DNA of 64,000 nucleotides, from the NCBI GenBank assembly GCA_965218295.1, contig CBDCKN010000015.1:416001-480000 (forward strand), written 5' to 3'. Of the stretch, positions 10,189 to 21,209 are shown in pieces; position 1 is the first letter of the stretch; every line of letters starts with the position of its first letter. The notes under the pieces are model-generated. The model had not been told where the DNA came from. It did not search any database and worked only from the letters and a program-made list of their open reading frames with translations. A program made the translations under genes and the position numbers. The DNA comes from Longimicrobiales bacterium (GTDB taxonomy: Bacteria; Gemmatimonadota; Gemmatimonadetes; Longimicrobiales; Gaopeijiaceae).

Positions 10189-10271
10189 GCCGGGGTGGCG
10201 AAATGGTAGACGCAGGGGACTTAAAATCCCCTGGGAGCAATCCCATGTGGGTTCGAGTCCCACCCCCGGCA
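10189..10271 (+). tRNA. tRNA-Leu (anticodon UAA); CCA not encoded
   Basis: Acceptor GCCGGGG/CCCCGGC, D-loop GG, anticodon arm GGGGA-CTTAAAA-TCCCC, long variable arm GGGAGCAATCCC, T-arm GTGGG-TTCGAGT-CCCAC, discriminator A. Confidence 0.96.
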
Positions 10272-10425
10272 CTTGGCTTTTCGACGGTTTTCCACTTCGC
10301 CGAAGAGGGCCTCTGAGACCGAATTGTGCCCAAAAGTGTGACATGGAAGATCCCCTGGCGTTTACGTTGGAGACACGGAGTTGTTTCTCTAGACCGGCCT
10401 CCAGAACCGTGTGACGGCTGTTGTC

Positions 10426-10854
10426 TCAGAACACGGTGGCGAGGATCACGAAGACGGCGGCGCCGTCAACATCCTCGTTGGCAATCAGCGCTTGGCCATC
10501 CACATCCCATGCGACGTTGCGTACAAAAGTGTCTGCCGTCTGCGCGAAACGCAGGATGCCTTGATCGATGGTGTAGGTGCCGGCCATGTCGGCGGTCAGG
10601 TCGGCTCCATTGTTGATGGCGGCCGGCATGAACAGGGTGCCGCTCACCCTGCCGTCTTCGGTCAGTTCCAGATCAAGCGTCGCACCGGCTTGCAGCGCAT
10701 TCGTTTCCACGCCAGCTTCGGTGATCGTCCACGCTATTGCGGCGTAAGTGATTAGGGGGTCGGGCGGATTGAAGTCGGTGGAGCTGCTACAACCCAGAAC
10801 GCCGAGCGCTGCCGTCACGGCGGCCCGACCAAGCCATCGGCGCGTGGTGCTCAT
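10426..10854 (-). CDS. Hypothetical lipoprotein
   Basis: AAAGGAGG RBS, signal peptide with lipobox LGVLG-C, beta-rich mature part. Confidence 0.7.
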   Translation of the reverse strand: MSTTRRWLGRAAVTAALGVLGCSSSTDFNPPDPLITYAAIAWTITEAGVETNALQAGATLDLELTEDGRVSGTLFMPAAINNGADLTADMAGTYTIDQGILRFAQTADTFVRNVAWDVDGQALIANEDVDGAAVFVILATVF

Positions 10855-11092
10855 GGTAGTCTCCTCCTTTCGCTCACCCGAAATGTAACCGGAATGTCGG
10901 CCCCGCTCCCTGCTCCCCTCATAGTTCACTCGAGAAACCCCACTCGCGGAACCGCTTTGAAAAGTCCGTATCCCGACCCCGCCACCAACACGAGACACGC
11001 CAGACCGGGAAGCATGCGACCGTAAACGAGGAAACCGGTTCCGAATAGCGCGGCATAGACGACGAGACAGCCGAGGAACCAGCAGAGGATGG

Positions 11093-11518
11093 TCACTCCT
11101 CAGCTTCCAGGCCCATGCGAGAATCGGTCCGCTCGCGCAGCGCCACCATCATCTCGTTAAAGGCCGTCTCGAGCTCCTTTAAATGCTTATCGGCTCGCCG
11201 GAAATGTAGACTGTGATCCATGTTGCCGCGCTCGACATCCTCGAAGGCCCGTCTCAGCAGTACCAACGGCCCCGCCACTCGGTTGGTCGTGAAGATTGCG
11301 AGCGCCGTGACCGCCAACGCGAGTACGGGCACTCGGGTAAAAAGGAAGAACCAGACGTCTCTGTGCAACGATTGCGGTACAATGCCGCCCAGCATCATGG
11401 CGACGGTGATGACCGGCGCCGTCAGCACCACCACGAAGACCCAGAGGGCAGAGAACGGCAACACGGCTGGTAGGGTGTACTTGAATCCGCTTCCCCGGAC
11501 TTTCCGATTCATCTTCAT
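11093..11518 (-). CDS. Two-TM protein with HAMP domain
   Basis: Two hydrophobic helices, then RVAGPLVLLRRAFEDVERGNMD...ELETAFNEM. Confidence 0.7.
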   Translation of the reverse strand: MKMNRKVRGSGFKYTLPAVLPFSALWVFVVVLTAPVITVAMMLGGIVPQSLHRDVWFFLFTRVPVLALAVTALAIFTTNRVAGPLVLLRRAFEDVERGNMDHSLHFRRADKHLKELETAFNEMMVALRERTDSRMGLEAEE

Positions 11519-11899
11519 AGTCTGCCTGCTCCTAAGTCAGAGATCTCATTGGTGACGCCGTTGATTTGCCACGCACGCTCTTCATCGTAATCGGTCCGGC
11601 ATCCGCCAGCGCTGAAGACCGGGGCCACTCCAACAGTATCCCCACACCCGGCTCCGGCTCACGGCCGACCGCTCACCTCCTTCGGATCCAACATGTCGCG
11701 CAGTCAGTCGCTCGGACAGTCTCTTGTCGCACGATCTGGCCGGGTTGCTCGTAAGCATACGTAGGTTTTGAGTCGGACCATACGTATAACCCCGAGGTCG
11801 TGGGTGCCTGGGATCGGCCTGCTCCGGCTGCACGGATTCCACGGCGCCCCGGCCCTCTTGGTGACTCGCGAACTTCGGAAACGGAACACTAGTCACTGG

Positions 11900-12910
11900 T
11901 CACGCGAACGCCACCAGCTCCAACGGCTCGGACTTCCCACGCAGCATCGCGGGCCCCATCTCCTCGGCCGTCCATCCGTCTGGAAGAGTCAAGCGTTCGA
12001 AGAGGTCGGCGGACGAGACGAGGCGCCTTCCGAGCCGGGCACACTGTCCTTGAATCCGCGCGCCGGTGTTGAGCACGTCGCCGTTGAAGACGAGCCCCCT
12101 CTTCAGATCTCCGATCTGCGCGGTCATTACCTCCCCCACGTGCACCCCGGCCTTGAACTCCAGCACGACGCCGAATCGGTCCAGGTAACGCTGCCTCTTC
12201 TCTTCGATGATCGAGTCGATGTCGAAGAACACTCGGAGGCAGTTCGCGTCCTTTAGCCCCCGCTCCTCCTTCCAGGTGAGGACGACCTCGTCTCCGACGT
12301 ACTCGTAGATCTCACCAGCATTGTCGAGTACTGGCCCGGAGATGTCCCTGAAGAACTCGTTGATGAAAGCGAGGTAGGTCTCGTGGCCCAACTCCTCCGC
12401 GAGCGACGTCGAGGACTTGATGTCGAGGAACATGAAGATGCGGGCTTCTCGGCGAGGCCGGTGATATCGGCCCAGCAGGTAGCGCAGGAGCACGCCTGGA
12501 CCGAAGAGCCGATCGAGTTGCCGGAAGAACACGATGATCACATAGAGAGCGAAGCCGGCTCCCATCTGGAGGTAGAAGTCCGGCTCGGTGAACGATGCCC
12601 AGAAGTCCTCCATCGTCAGGCCCTGCATCAAACCGACGATGAGACCGACCGACTGGAATACGACGACGAGGGATCCAACGTAGGTGAGTGACTTCGCCAG
12701 GACCGCCACCGAGAACGGCAGACGTCGCATCCGCTCGTCGAAGGTGGACTCCTCGAGCAGGGCCAGCGGCATCGCGAGGACGATCCCGATGACCAGACCG
12801 ATGTACGAAATCCTCCCTGATTCGATGAACTCGTAGGTAAGGGCGACGGGAATGCAGACCATCATGATCATGATGGCGGTTCTGAACCGGCGTGTAGTAT
12901 TCGCAGTCAT
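11900..12910 (-). CDS. Membrane-bound class III adenylate/guanylate cyclase
   Basis: FMFLDIKSST, YVGDEV, KAGVHVG, GDVLNTGARIQ after four TM segments. Start codon uncertain. Confidence 0.88.
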   Translation of the reverse strand: MTANTTRRFRTAIMIMMVCIPVALTYEFIESGRISYIGLVIGIVLAMPLALLEESTFDERMRRLPFSVAVLAKSLTYVGSLVVVFQSVGLIVGLMQGLTMEDFWASFTEPDFYLQMGAGFALYVIIVFFRQLDRLFGPGVLLRYLLGRYHRPRREARIFMFLDIKSSTSLAEELGHETYLAFINEFFRDISGPVLDNAGEIYEYVGDEVVLTWKEERGLKDANCLRVFFDIDSIIEEKRQRYLDRFGVVLEFKAGVHVGEVMTAQIGDLKRGLVFNGDVLNTGARIQGQCARLGRRLVSSADLFERLTLPDGWTAEEMGPAMLRGKSEPLELVAFA

Positions 12911-13142
12911 GATAACCCCGGACTGAGACAACCTCTGGTTCGAGTCAAACGATCGGATCAAGCTACGGAGCGGAGACAACGTGAGGGGCAGGACCAGATC
13001 GATCAACATGAGGTGTCCCTGCGGAACGCCAGCGTGACGAGTATGTTTTGCGTCGGTCACGCCTCGTCCAAGGGTGGTGACCTCTTCCTTCGGCCCAGAC
13101 GCAGCAAAGATCGTCGCGTCGCCCGACTCGGGGAGAGCTGCC

Positions 13143-13610
13143 GTGAATCAGAATCATCCGGACGGTCATGAGCATCCGTCTGATCCCGTCGAAGGGCGGG
13201 TGAGACTAGCCACGAGTGCGACCGCACATTGCCTGGCCGGCTGCGGCCTTGGAGAGGTCGTGGGAGTTGTCATCGGGGTCGCACTGGGACTGACAACCCT
13301 CGCGACTCTCGTGCTGGCTGTACTTCTCGGATTCGTCTTCGGGTTCGCTTTGGGTCTCATCCCCCTGCGGCGTGCGGGATTTACGTGGGCGTGGGCACTA
13401 AAGCAGGTCCTCGTAGCCGAGGGCCTGAGTATTGCCGTAATGGAGACCGCTGAGGTTCTGGTGGAGGTGTATACTCCCGGGGTGATGCAGGCGGGGCTGA
13501 GCAGCCCGATTTTTTTGGGTGGGATGTTGCTGGCCCTGACGGCCGGCTTCGTTGCCGCTTGGCCGGTGAACTATTGGTTGGTTGGGAAAGGCATTCTTCA
13601 CATCCACTGA
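13143..13610 (+). CDS. DUF4396-family membrane protein
   Basis: ATAHCLAGCGLGEVVG, AEGLSIAVME, PVNYWLV motifs. Confidence 0.75.
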   Translation: MNQNHPDGHEHPSDPVEGRVRLATSATAHCLAGCGLGEVVGVVIGVALGLTTLATLVLAVLLGFVFGFALGLIPLRRAGFTWAWALKQVLVAEGLSIAVMETAEVLVEVYTPGVMQAGLSSPIFLGGMLLALTAGFVAAWPVNYWLVGKGILHIH

Positions 13611-13646
13611 GTTCGGCCTCGAGCAGGCACCTGGAGCGAAACCGAC

Positions 13647-14630
13647 ATGGAATACACTACACTTGGCTCCACCGGCCTCAAGGTCTCCCGCCTCTGCCTC
13701 GGGTGCATGAGCTACGGCACCTCGGAGTGGCGCCCGTGGGTTCTCGACGAAGACGAGGCCCGGCCGTTCTTCCGACGGGCCGTCGAGTCAGGGATCAACT
13801 ACTTCGACACCGCCGACATGTACTCGTTGGGAGTGAGCGAGGAGGTTACGGGGAGGGCACTTCGAGAGTACGGCACCCGGGGCGAGCTCGTGATCGCGAC
13901 GAAGGTCTTCTTCCCCATGGGAGGGGGCCCGAATCTCGGGGGGCTGTCCCGCAAGCACATCGTCGAGGCGTGTGAGGCGAGCCTGGGACGGCTGGGAGTG
14001 GAGGCCATCGACCTGTACCAGATCCACCGTTTCGATCCGGAGACGCCCATCGAGGAGACATTGGCGGCCCTCGACGAACTGGTCCAGTCGGGAAAGGTGC
14101 GCTACATCGGCGCCAGCTCCGGGTGGGCGTGGCAGCTCGCCCGGGCTCTCGGCGTCTCAGAGGGGAATGGATGGGCCCGCTTCGTCTCGATGCAGAACCA
14201 CTACAACCTGATCTACCGCGAAGAGGAGCGGGAGATGATTCCGCTTTGTGAGGCGGAGGGGATCGGCGTGATCCCCTGGTCCCCCCTGGCCCGGGGGATT
14301 CTGGCGGGGACGCGGACCTCCTTGGACGACCACCGGTCGACGCCGCGTGCCGCGGCCGATACGTACGCCCACGACTTCTACAAAGACCCTTCGGGCTGGG
14401 ATATCGTGACGGCGGTACAATTGGTGGCCGAAGAGCGGGGGGTATCCGCGGCCGAGGTATCCCTCGCCTGGCTCCTCTCGAAGCCTGTCGTCGCCGCTCC
14501 CATCGTGGGCGCGACGAAGCTCTCCCACCTTGATACGGCTGTGCGGGCTGTCGGGCTGCAGCTGGAGTCGGCAGAGATCGAGCGGCTCGAGGCGCCCTAT
14601 CGACCTCAGGGCGTGCAGGGACATTCCTAG
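13647..14630 (+). CDS. Aldo/keto reductase
   Basis: LCLGCMSYG, FDTADMYS, IATK, IDLYQIHRFD, MQNHYNL, PWSPLARG. Confidence 0.95.
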   Translation: MEYTTLGSTGLKVSRLCLGCMSYGTSEWRPWVLDEDEARPFFRRAVESGINYFDTADMYSLGVSEEVTGRALREYGTRGELVIATKVFFPMGGGPNLGGLSRKHIVEACEASLGRLGVEAIDLYQIHRFDPETPIEETLAALDELVQSGKVRYIGASSGWAWQLARALGVSEGNGWARFVSMQNHYNLIYREEEREMIPLCEAEGIGVIPWSPLARGILAGTRTSLDDHRSTPRAAADTYAHDFYKDPSGWDIVTAVQLVAEERGVSAAEVSLAWLLSKPVVAAPIVGATKLSHLDTAVRAVGLQLESAEIERLEAPYRPQGVQGHS

Positions 14631-14702
14631 ACCTTGTAGCTTTGAGGGTCTAGACGACACCCGGAATCTGCCCTCGGCGTGCGTGAGGCGAGAAAAGAAT
14701 CC

Positions 14703-15581
14703 ATGACCCTCGGCTCACTGATCAACAGGCTCCTCGCACCCCTCGGTCTTCGCCTGCACAGAAGGCCGAGTGGCCTCGGCCGGACCAGGTTGTCCAGGCA
14801 GGACGAGGAGTCGGTCATCCAGGATCTGATCCGGGGCCTTGAGATCGAGCCCTACTTCGTGGACGTCGGGGCCGGGGACGGTGCAACGGACTCGAACACC
14901 GCCAGACTGGCCCTGGGAGGCTGGCGCGGCGTCTTCTTCGAGTGTGATCCCCCCACTCTCGCCGTCCTGGCCGCGAATTTCGCCGGCCAGGAATGGGTTT
15001 CGGTGTCAGGCGCTCGTGTGACGCCCCTCAATGTGGCTGCCCTCCTGGAGGGCCATGGAGTCCCGCGAGACTTTGGGGTGTTGAGCCTGGATATCGACTC
15101 CTACGACCATCACGTTCTGGCGAGCCTGCTGGAGCGTTTTCGCCCCACCATCATCGTGGCCGAGATCAACGAGAAGATCCCGCCGCCCTTAGCGTTCTCG
15201 GTCAGTTTCCATCCCGAGCACAGGTGGGACCAGAGTCATTTCTATGGTCAGAGCATCGTCACACTGGGCGAGTTGGCGGATCGGCACGGGTACTCACTGG
15301 TGCATCTCGAGTACAACAACGCCTTCCTGGTGGATGCGGACCGGACGGACGTGCCGGGGCTGACACCCGGAGAAGCGTACGAGACGGGTTACCTGAACCG
15401 ACCCGATCGAAAGAAGCGGTTCCCTTGGAACAGCGACGTGGAAGAAGCCCTCAGCTTGCCCCCAGAAGAGGCGGTCGACTTCTTTCGACGCCTGTTTGTT
15501 CCCTACGAGGGCTCCTACGAGATCAGCATCGCCGACAACGGAGGCAACGATGGCGGGGCGGCGCCACCTGCGAACGAGTGA
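14703..15581 (+). CDS. FkbM-like SAM-dependent methyltransferase-fold protein
   Basis: FVDVGAGDG..DSNT, LSLDIDSYD, AEIN, NAFLV. Confidence 0.6.
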   Translation: MTLGSLINRLLAPLGLRLHRRPSGLGRTRLSRQDEESVIQDLIRGLEIEPYFVDVGAGDGATDSNTARLALGGWRGVFFECDPPTLAVLAANFAGQEWVSVSGARVTPLNVAALLEGHGVPRDFGVLSLDIDSYDHHVLASLLERFRPTIIVAEINEKIPPPLAFSVSFHPEHRWDQSHFYGQSIVTLGELADRHGYSLVHLEYNNAFLVDADRTDVPGLTPGEAYETGYLNRPDRKKRFPWNSDVEEALSLPPEEAVDFFRRLFVPYEGSYEISIADNGGNDGGAAPPANE

Positions 15582-15759
15582 AGAGGTCTGGGAACGCCGA
15601 TACTTACGTGCTCTTGAGCACGGACCCTGTACACGGGTATTTTATACGACGTACATCTACTCTTCGCCGTCAAACCCTCGAGGGTTGCAGGGACTCCATT
15701 CACAGCCAGAGCGGTCGGTGGGATTCGGACGATCGGACCGCTCTGCCACGTAGAGACAG

Positions 15760-16839
15760 ATGCTCGAATACACGCCTGAGGTCGCACGTGCGACGACTCC
15801 TCTCCTGGAGCGGGTGAAGGAGTTCATTCCACCGGTCGAGTGGGCAGTGGTGGCGCCGCACATTTACGCCATCAACGAGCTCAAGAAGGCCAAGAACGCG
15901 GTTATTCTGGCTCATAACTATCAGACACCGGACATCTATCACTGCGTGGCCGACTTCGTCGGGGACTCGTTGCAGCTCTCCATTCAGGCGCGGGACACGG
16001 ACGCGGAGATCATCGTCCAGGCCGGCGTCCACTTCATGGCGGAGACCTCGAAGCTTCTGTCGCCCGACAAGACGGTGCTGATCCCCAGCCTCGAAGCCGG
16101 TTGCTCGCTGGCGGCATCGGTGACGGGTCAGGACGTGCGGCTTCTCAAGGAGAAGTATCCGGGCGTGCCGGTCGTGACCTACGTGAACACGTCGGCCGAC
16201 GTGAAGGCGGAATCGGACATCTGCTGCACCTCATCGAACGCAGTCGAGATCGTCGAGTCTCTGGGCGTGGATCGCGTGATCCTCCTGCCTGACGAGTATC
16301 TGACCAAGAACGTAGCGGCTCAGACCGACGTCGAGGTGATCGCGTGGCAGGGACGCTGTGAGGTCCACGAGCGCTTCACGGCCGAGGAGGTCCGGCAGTA
16401 CCGCGAGAACACACCCGACCTCGTGGTACTCGCCCATCCCGAGTGCTCTCCGGACCTGATCGCCGAGGTGGACTACACGGGCTCCACGGCGGGCATGATC
16501 CGCTACGTGAAGGAGCGCCGACCCCCTCGGGTCATGATGGTCACCGAGTGCTCCATGAGCGCCAACGTGGCGGCAGAGACGCCGGATGTGGAGTTCATTC
16601 AGCCCTGTAATCTCTGCCCTCACATGAAGCAGATCACCCTGCAGAACATCCTCGAGAGCCTCCAGCTGATGCGCTACCAGGTCACCATCCCCGAGGAGAT
16701 GGCGATCCGTGCACGGGAGTCGGTGCAGCGCATGGTCGATCTCCAGACGACGGGAAGAGGCTTCTCCGGTGGCGTGCCTCCCGAAGTGGTGGTCGAGGAC
16801 CGCGAGACCGTCGAATCGGTAGCGAGTGTTCCGGTCTGA
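15760..16839 (+). CDS. nadA: Quinolinate synthase
   Basis: [48 protein letters not shown]. Confidence 0.96.
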   Translation: MLEYTPEVARATTPLLERVKEFIPPVEWAVVAPHIYAINELKKAKNAVILAHNYQTPDIYHCVADFVGDSLQLSIQARDTDAEIIVQAGVHFMAETSKLLSPDKTVLIPSLEAGCSLAASVTGQDVRLLKEKYPGVPVVTYVNTSADVKAESDICCTSSNAVEIVESLGVDRVILLPDEYLTKNVAAQTDVEVIAWQGRCEVHERFTAEEVRQYRENTPDLVVLAHPECSPDLIAEVDYTGSTAGMIRYVKERRPPRVMMVTECSMSANVAAETPDVEFIQPCNLCPHMKQITLQNILESLQLMRYQVTIPEEMAIRARESVQRMVDLQTTGRGFSGGVPPEVVVEDRETVESVASVPV

Positions 16840-16844
16840 CCTCC

Positions 16845-17726
16845 ATGTCCTCTCAGGCCGAGTCAGAGGCCGAGCGCGACATTTCATCGCTCCCTGAGAT
16901 CCTGGTCGAGGGCACCGTACGCCACGCCCTCGAGGAAGACCTCGGTCAAGCCGGAGACCTCACCACACGCTCCGTAGTCGCCCCCACGGCCGTGACGAAG
17001 GCAGAGATCGTCGCGAGGGACACGGGGGTTTTGGCGGGCGCCCAGGTGGCGACCCTGGCTTTCATGCTCGTCGACTCGGAGCTCACGGTCCGCTTTTGTG
17101 CGAGCGACGGGTCCACCGTGGGACCAGGGGATGTGGTGGCCGTGGTGGAAGGCGCAGCCCTGTCGATCCTGACCGCGGAGCGCACGGCCTTGAACTTCCT
17201 GGGCCACCTGTCGGGAGTCGCCACGGCCACGAGAGGGTTGGTCCAGGCCGTCGAGGGCACGAGGGCGAGGATCTGCTGCACCCGGAAGACCACGCCCGGG
17301 CTACGAGCGCTAGAAAAATACGCGGTCCGCGTCGGTGGCGGTGTGAATCACCGACTCGGGCTCGATGGGGCGATCCTGATCAAGGACAATCACATCGCGG
17401 TGGTCGGTGGAGTAGCCGAGGCCTTGGCGGCCGCCCAGGCATCGGCCGGTCCCCTCACGCCCATCGAGATAGAGGTCGACACCCTCGCCCAGCTCGATGC
17501 AGCCCTTGCGGGTGGAGCGGCGGTGATCCTGCTGGACAACATGGCTCCATCCGTCCTCCGAGAAGCCGTCGAAAAGGTCGATGGTCGGGCGCGGCTGGAG
17601 GCATCGGGGCACGTGACCGTCGACACCGTCCGGGACATCGCGGAAACCGGCGTCGACTACATCTCGAGTGGCTGGATCACCCACTCGGCGCCCGCCCTGG
17701 ACTTCGGGCTCGACTTTCCGGGATAG
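16845..17726 (+). CDS. nadC: Nicotinate-nucleotide pyrophosphorylase (quinolinate phosphoribosyltransferase)
   Basis: ERTALNFL, TRKTTPG, NHRLGL, LIKDNH, EIEVD, LLDNM, EASG. Confidence 0.96.
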   Translation: MSSQAESEAERDISSLPEILVEGTVRHALEEDLGQAGDLTTRSVVAPTAVTKAEIVARDTGVLAGAQVATLAFMLVDSELTVRFCASDGSTVGPGDVVAVVEGAALSILTAERTALNFLGHLSGVATATRGLVQAVEGTRARICCTRKTTPGLRALEKYAVRVGGGVNHRLGLDGAILIKDNHIAVVGGVAEALAAAQASAGPLTPIEIEVDTLAQLDAALAGGAAVILLDNMAPSVLREAVEKVDGRARLEASGHVTVDTVRDIAETGVDYISSGWITHSAPALDFGLDFPG

Positions 17727-18048
17727 GAGAGCGGTCCACCTCCTCCAGCGTCGAGTAGACACTGGGTGAGATCCGCAGGACCTCGACGGTCAGAAGGCTG
17801 TTGAGGAAGTACAGCGGGTCGCGTTGTGGATGCCCAACAGCCTTCCAGAGACCAGAATATGCTCCCCGGTGAAGGCTGTCCAACACTTGAATGGAGGGGC
17901 CTCTGTTCCCCGGAACAAAAGGCCACAACCGGACTATCACCGCCTCGAAGAGCCATCCTCGCCCGTCCCGAGGGCGTCGGCCTGGTAGAGGGCCCCGGAG
18001 TCCACTTGAGACACCGATCACGGAGGCACGCCATCATCCGCAGGCGAA

Positions 18049-20142
18049 ATGCGTAGATTGACCATCGGAACCCTTTCCGGGCTTTACGTGGCGATCCTGG
18101 GGCTGCCGAGCTTTTCTGCCGCACAGATTCCCGACTCCATCCAGTTGGACACGCTCGGTGGGTTTCCACAGAGCTTCCGCATGACCGAGATCCGGGTCCT
18201 GGCCCGGCAGAAGCTCACGGCTACCGGAGGAGTCGGCGCAGTGGAGATGCGCCTCGATTCCCTCGGTGCGGTTCCGATTCCCACGCTGGAGCAGGCGCTA
18301 CGGGAGATGCCTTTCCTTCGGATTCGAGTGAATTCCCGGGGCGAGGCTCAGCCCAGCCTGCGTGGCGCCACCGATCGGCAAATCGCGGTTCTGGTGGACG
18401 GCGTTCCCCTGACGCTGGGCTGGGATCATCGCACCGATCTCTCAATCATCCCCCTGACCGCGGCCCGCTCCGTGAACCTTCTGCGCGGGCTTTCGTCGGT
18501 CCTCCACGGGCCGAACGTCCTCGCCGGCGTCGTGGAGGTGGATGTGGCGCGGGGAAACCTGCGAATGGAGCAGCCCGCGCCTGCGACCTTCAGCGTGGCG
18601 GTTGAAGAGACGGGAGGGCTGACGGTCGGAGCCACCGGGGCCCGGCTCATCGAGTCCGGAGACGGCCAGTGGCTCGTCCAGGCCGGGGCTGGATTCAGGG
18701 ACCGGTCCGGAATCACCCTACCAGACTCGGACTCCATGGAGCCCCGGGAGAGGGCGCTGCTCACCCGGGACGGAGACCTGCGACTCAACAGTGACTCCAG
18801 GCACGTCGACGGGTTCGTCTCCACGCGCTACCAGGGGGACAGCGGCGCCTGGACCTCGTTGACGGTCTCCGGCTTCGACGTGGATCGCGGGGTTCCCCCC
18901 GAGACAAACGAGTCCGAGCCGAGACTCTGGCGATATCCGGACCAGTCGCGATTCGTGGCTGCCTTCTCCGGCGGCACCGGTCTCCGTGAGACGAGCTGGG
19001 GCGAGGGTGACCTGGAGGCAAGCCTCGGGATCGACGTGGGCTCTTTCCGGATCCAGCAGTTCGGCACCGCCGAGTACGAGACGGTGATCGATGAGGAGGA
19101 GGGAGACGACCGGACCCTTACATTGCGTCTTCTCGGGGACCACACCATCAGCCACCGGGCGGACGTGCGCGCGGCGTTCACGTATGGCGACGTGTCACAC
19201 TCTGAACGGGTGACCGGCGAGGGCGAGAGGGAATTCCGCCAGCGCTTGTGGAGCCTGGGAACCGAGGCGGAATGGCGGTTCGACGATCTGCCCGGGTGGG
19301 AGAGCCTGGGCGCCACGCGGCTCAACGTGGGCCTGGCCGTCGACGGAGCGGACACCCCCGAGTCGGCGGACAAGCCCCCGTTGGGCCGCCTGTGGAACTG
19401 GGGTGCCCGCCTCGGCTTCTCGTCGCTCACGGCGGGCAGCAGATTGCTCCTTCACGCAGGCGTCAGCCGTCGCGCGCGCTTCCCCTCGCTCCGGGAGCTG
19501 TACTCCGACGCCCTGGGCCGCTTCCGGCCCAATCCGGACCTGAAGCCCGAGATCCTCACCGGTGCGGAGATGGGATTGACCTGGGACCTTCCCGGGCTCG
19601 ACTTGCAGATCGTGGGGTTCCATCAGATCCTCTCCGACGGCATCATCCGGATCGGGGTGGAGACGCCCGAGGGACCCAAGCGCCAACGAGTGAACCGGGA
19701 CCGCATCCGGAGCACGGGCCTTGAGATCGTTGCCACAGGGGCCCTGAACAGCCTCGAGTACGCCGGCGACGTAACCTTCCAGCAGGCATGGCAATTCGAG
19801 GGAGGCAGCGACGATCGCACACGGCCCGAGTACGAGCCCAACCTCGCTGCCCGGCTGAGCCTGGGGGTCCCGGTGGTGGCCGCCACGACCGTCTCCGGAG
19901 AGTACCGATACCTCGGGCGACAGTTCTGTCTGAACGTCTACAGCGGCGACTTCGACCGCCTCGACGAGACGCACAGCCTGGACCTCCAGGTCAGACGTCT
20001 TTTCCTGCTGGAAGGGCGCAGGACATTCTCCAACGTCGACGCGCTGGTCTCCCTGGCGAACGTTACGGACAGAGCCATCTTCGATCAGTGCGGATTGCCG
20101 CAGCCGGGACGAACCCTCCGCTTCCAGATCCGACTCTTCTGA
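18049..20142 (+). CDS. TonB-dependent receptor
   Basis: Signal peptide, plug domain (SLRG...VLVDGVP...LRGLSSVLHG), PSLRELY, NPDLKPE, terminal GRTLRFQIRLF. Confidence 0.88.
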   Translation: MRRLTIGTLSGLYVAILGLPSFSAAQIPDSIQLDTLGGFPQSFRMTEIRVLARQKLTATGGVGAVEMRLDSLGAVPIPTLEQALREMPFLRIRVNSRGEAQPSLRGATDRQIAVLVDGVPLTLGWDHRTDLSIIPLTAARSVNLLRGLSSVLHGPNVLAGVVEVDVARGNLRMEQPAPATFSVAVEETGGLTVGATGARLIESGDGQWLVQAGAGFRDRSGITLPDSDSMEPRERALLTRDGDLRLNSDSRHVDGFVSTRYQGDSGAWTSLTVSGFDVDRGVPPETNESEPRLWRYPDQSRFVAAFSGGTGLRETSWGEGDLEASLGIDVGSFRIQQFGTAEYETVIDEEEGDDRTLTLRLLGDHTISHRADVRAAFTYGDVSHSERVTGEGEREFRQRLWSLGTEAEWRFDDLPGWESLGATRLNVGLAVDGADTPESADKPPLGRLWNWGARLGFSSLTAGSRLLLHAGVSRRARFPSLRELYSDALGRFRPNPDLKPEILTGAEMGLTWDLPGLDLQIVGFHQILSDGIIRIGVETPEGPKRQRVNRDRIRSTGLEIVATGALNSLEYAGDVTFQQAWQFEGGSDDRTRPEYEPNLAARLSLGVPVVAATTVSGEYRYLGRQFCLNVYSGDFDRLDETHSLDLQVRRLFLLEGRRTFSNVDALVSLANVTDRAIFDQCGLPQPGRTLRFQIRLF

Positions 20143-20241
20143 CGCGCCCGACCGGGCGCTACCTTCTCTGCGGCCTCCACCGTACGTCCGTGGCGCTCCT
20201 AACGCGGCTCGCCCGACTTCTTCGACAGGCCTCTAACAGAG

Positions 20242-21207
20242 ATGATCCGAGTCACCTTTCTGGGGACCGCGGCCTCCCGTCCGACGGTTCGACGCAACGT
20301 GAGTTCCATCGCCGTCCAGCGAGAGGGAGATGTCTTCCTGTTCGACTGCGGCGAGGGCACCCAGCGTCAGATGATGCGGTACGCGACGGGCTTCGCCCTG
20401 GGCGAAATCTTCATCACGCATCTCCACGCGGATCACTTTCTGGGGATCACCGGCCTGTTGCGGACCATGTCGCTCCAGGGCCGGACCGAGCCACTGCACA
20501 TCTACGGGCCGCAGGGGTCCCGCGCTACGCTCCAGAATGCCGTAGAGTTGGGTGTGGATCGCGTTTCGTTCCCCCTCACCATCCAGGAGCTCGAGGTGGG
20601 CGCGCGCGTGTCCCACGAGGAATACGATGTGGTGGCGTTACGTGTGAACCACGGGACGCAGGTGCTGGGCTATGCACTGGTGGAGCACGAACGGCTGGGA
20701 CGCTTCGACGTGGAGCGCGCCCGGGCTCTGGGCATTCCGGAAGGCCCCCTTTTCGGCAAGTTACACAGCGGCGAAGCCGTGGAGGTGGACGGCCGGATGA
20801 TCGAGGCTGCCGAGGTGGTGGGCACTCCTCGGCCCGGTCGAGTGGTCGTGTACACGGGGGATACCCGCCCGGCGGATACCATCATGGAGGCGGCAACCGG
20901 GGCCGCTTTGCTCATCCACGAGGCGACCTTCGGTGACGAAGAGGCGGACAGGGCCCACCGGACATACCACAGCACTGCGCGGGGCGCTGCCGCAGTGGCC
21001 CTCAAGGCTGGCGTTGCGCGCCTCTGCCTCACGCACGTCTCCGCTCGTTATGCCGACGACCCGGCACCGTTGGAGCAAGAGGCTCGGGAGGTCTACCCGG
21101 AGGCCGTGGTAGCCCGAGACGGCCTCGTGGTGGAGATCCCGTACAGCGACGACGCCGAGGACTCTCTCGCCAACGAGGGTGCGGCTACCGGCGAGGGTAT
21201 GCGCTAG
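20242..21207 (+). CDS. rnz: Ribonuclease Z
   Basis: FLGTAAS, DCGEGTQ, THLHADH, GP exosite, YTGDTRP, HEATF, HST, LTHVSARY. Confidence 0.95.
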   Translation: MIRVTFLGTAASRPTVRRNVSSIAVQREGDVFLFDCGEGTQRQMMRYATGFALGEIFITHLHADHFLGITGLLRTMSLQGRTEPLHIYGPQGSRATLQNAVELGVDRVSFPLTIQELEVGARVSHEEYDVVALRVNHGTQVLGYALVEHERLGRFDVERARALGIPEGPLFGKLHSGEAVEVDGRMIEAAEVVGTPRPGRVVVYTGDTRPADTIMEAATGAALLIHEATFGDEEADRAHRTYHSTARGAAAVALKAGVARLCLTHVSARYADDPAPLEQEAREVYPEAVVARDGLVVEIPYSDDAEDSLANEGAATGEGMR

Positions 21208-21209
21208 CC

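Noticed and set aside
17727..18048. Cobalamin or other riboswitch upstream of the TonB receptor
   Set aside because: I could not find B12-box or other riboswitch motifs by eye; an Rfam scan would settle it.
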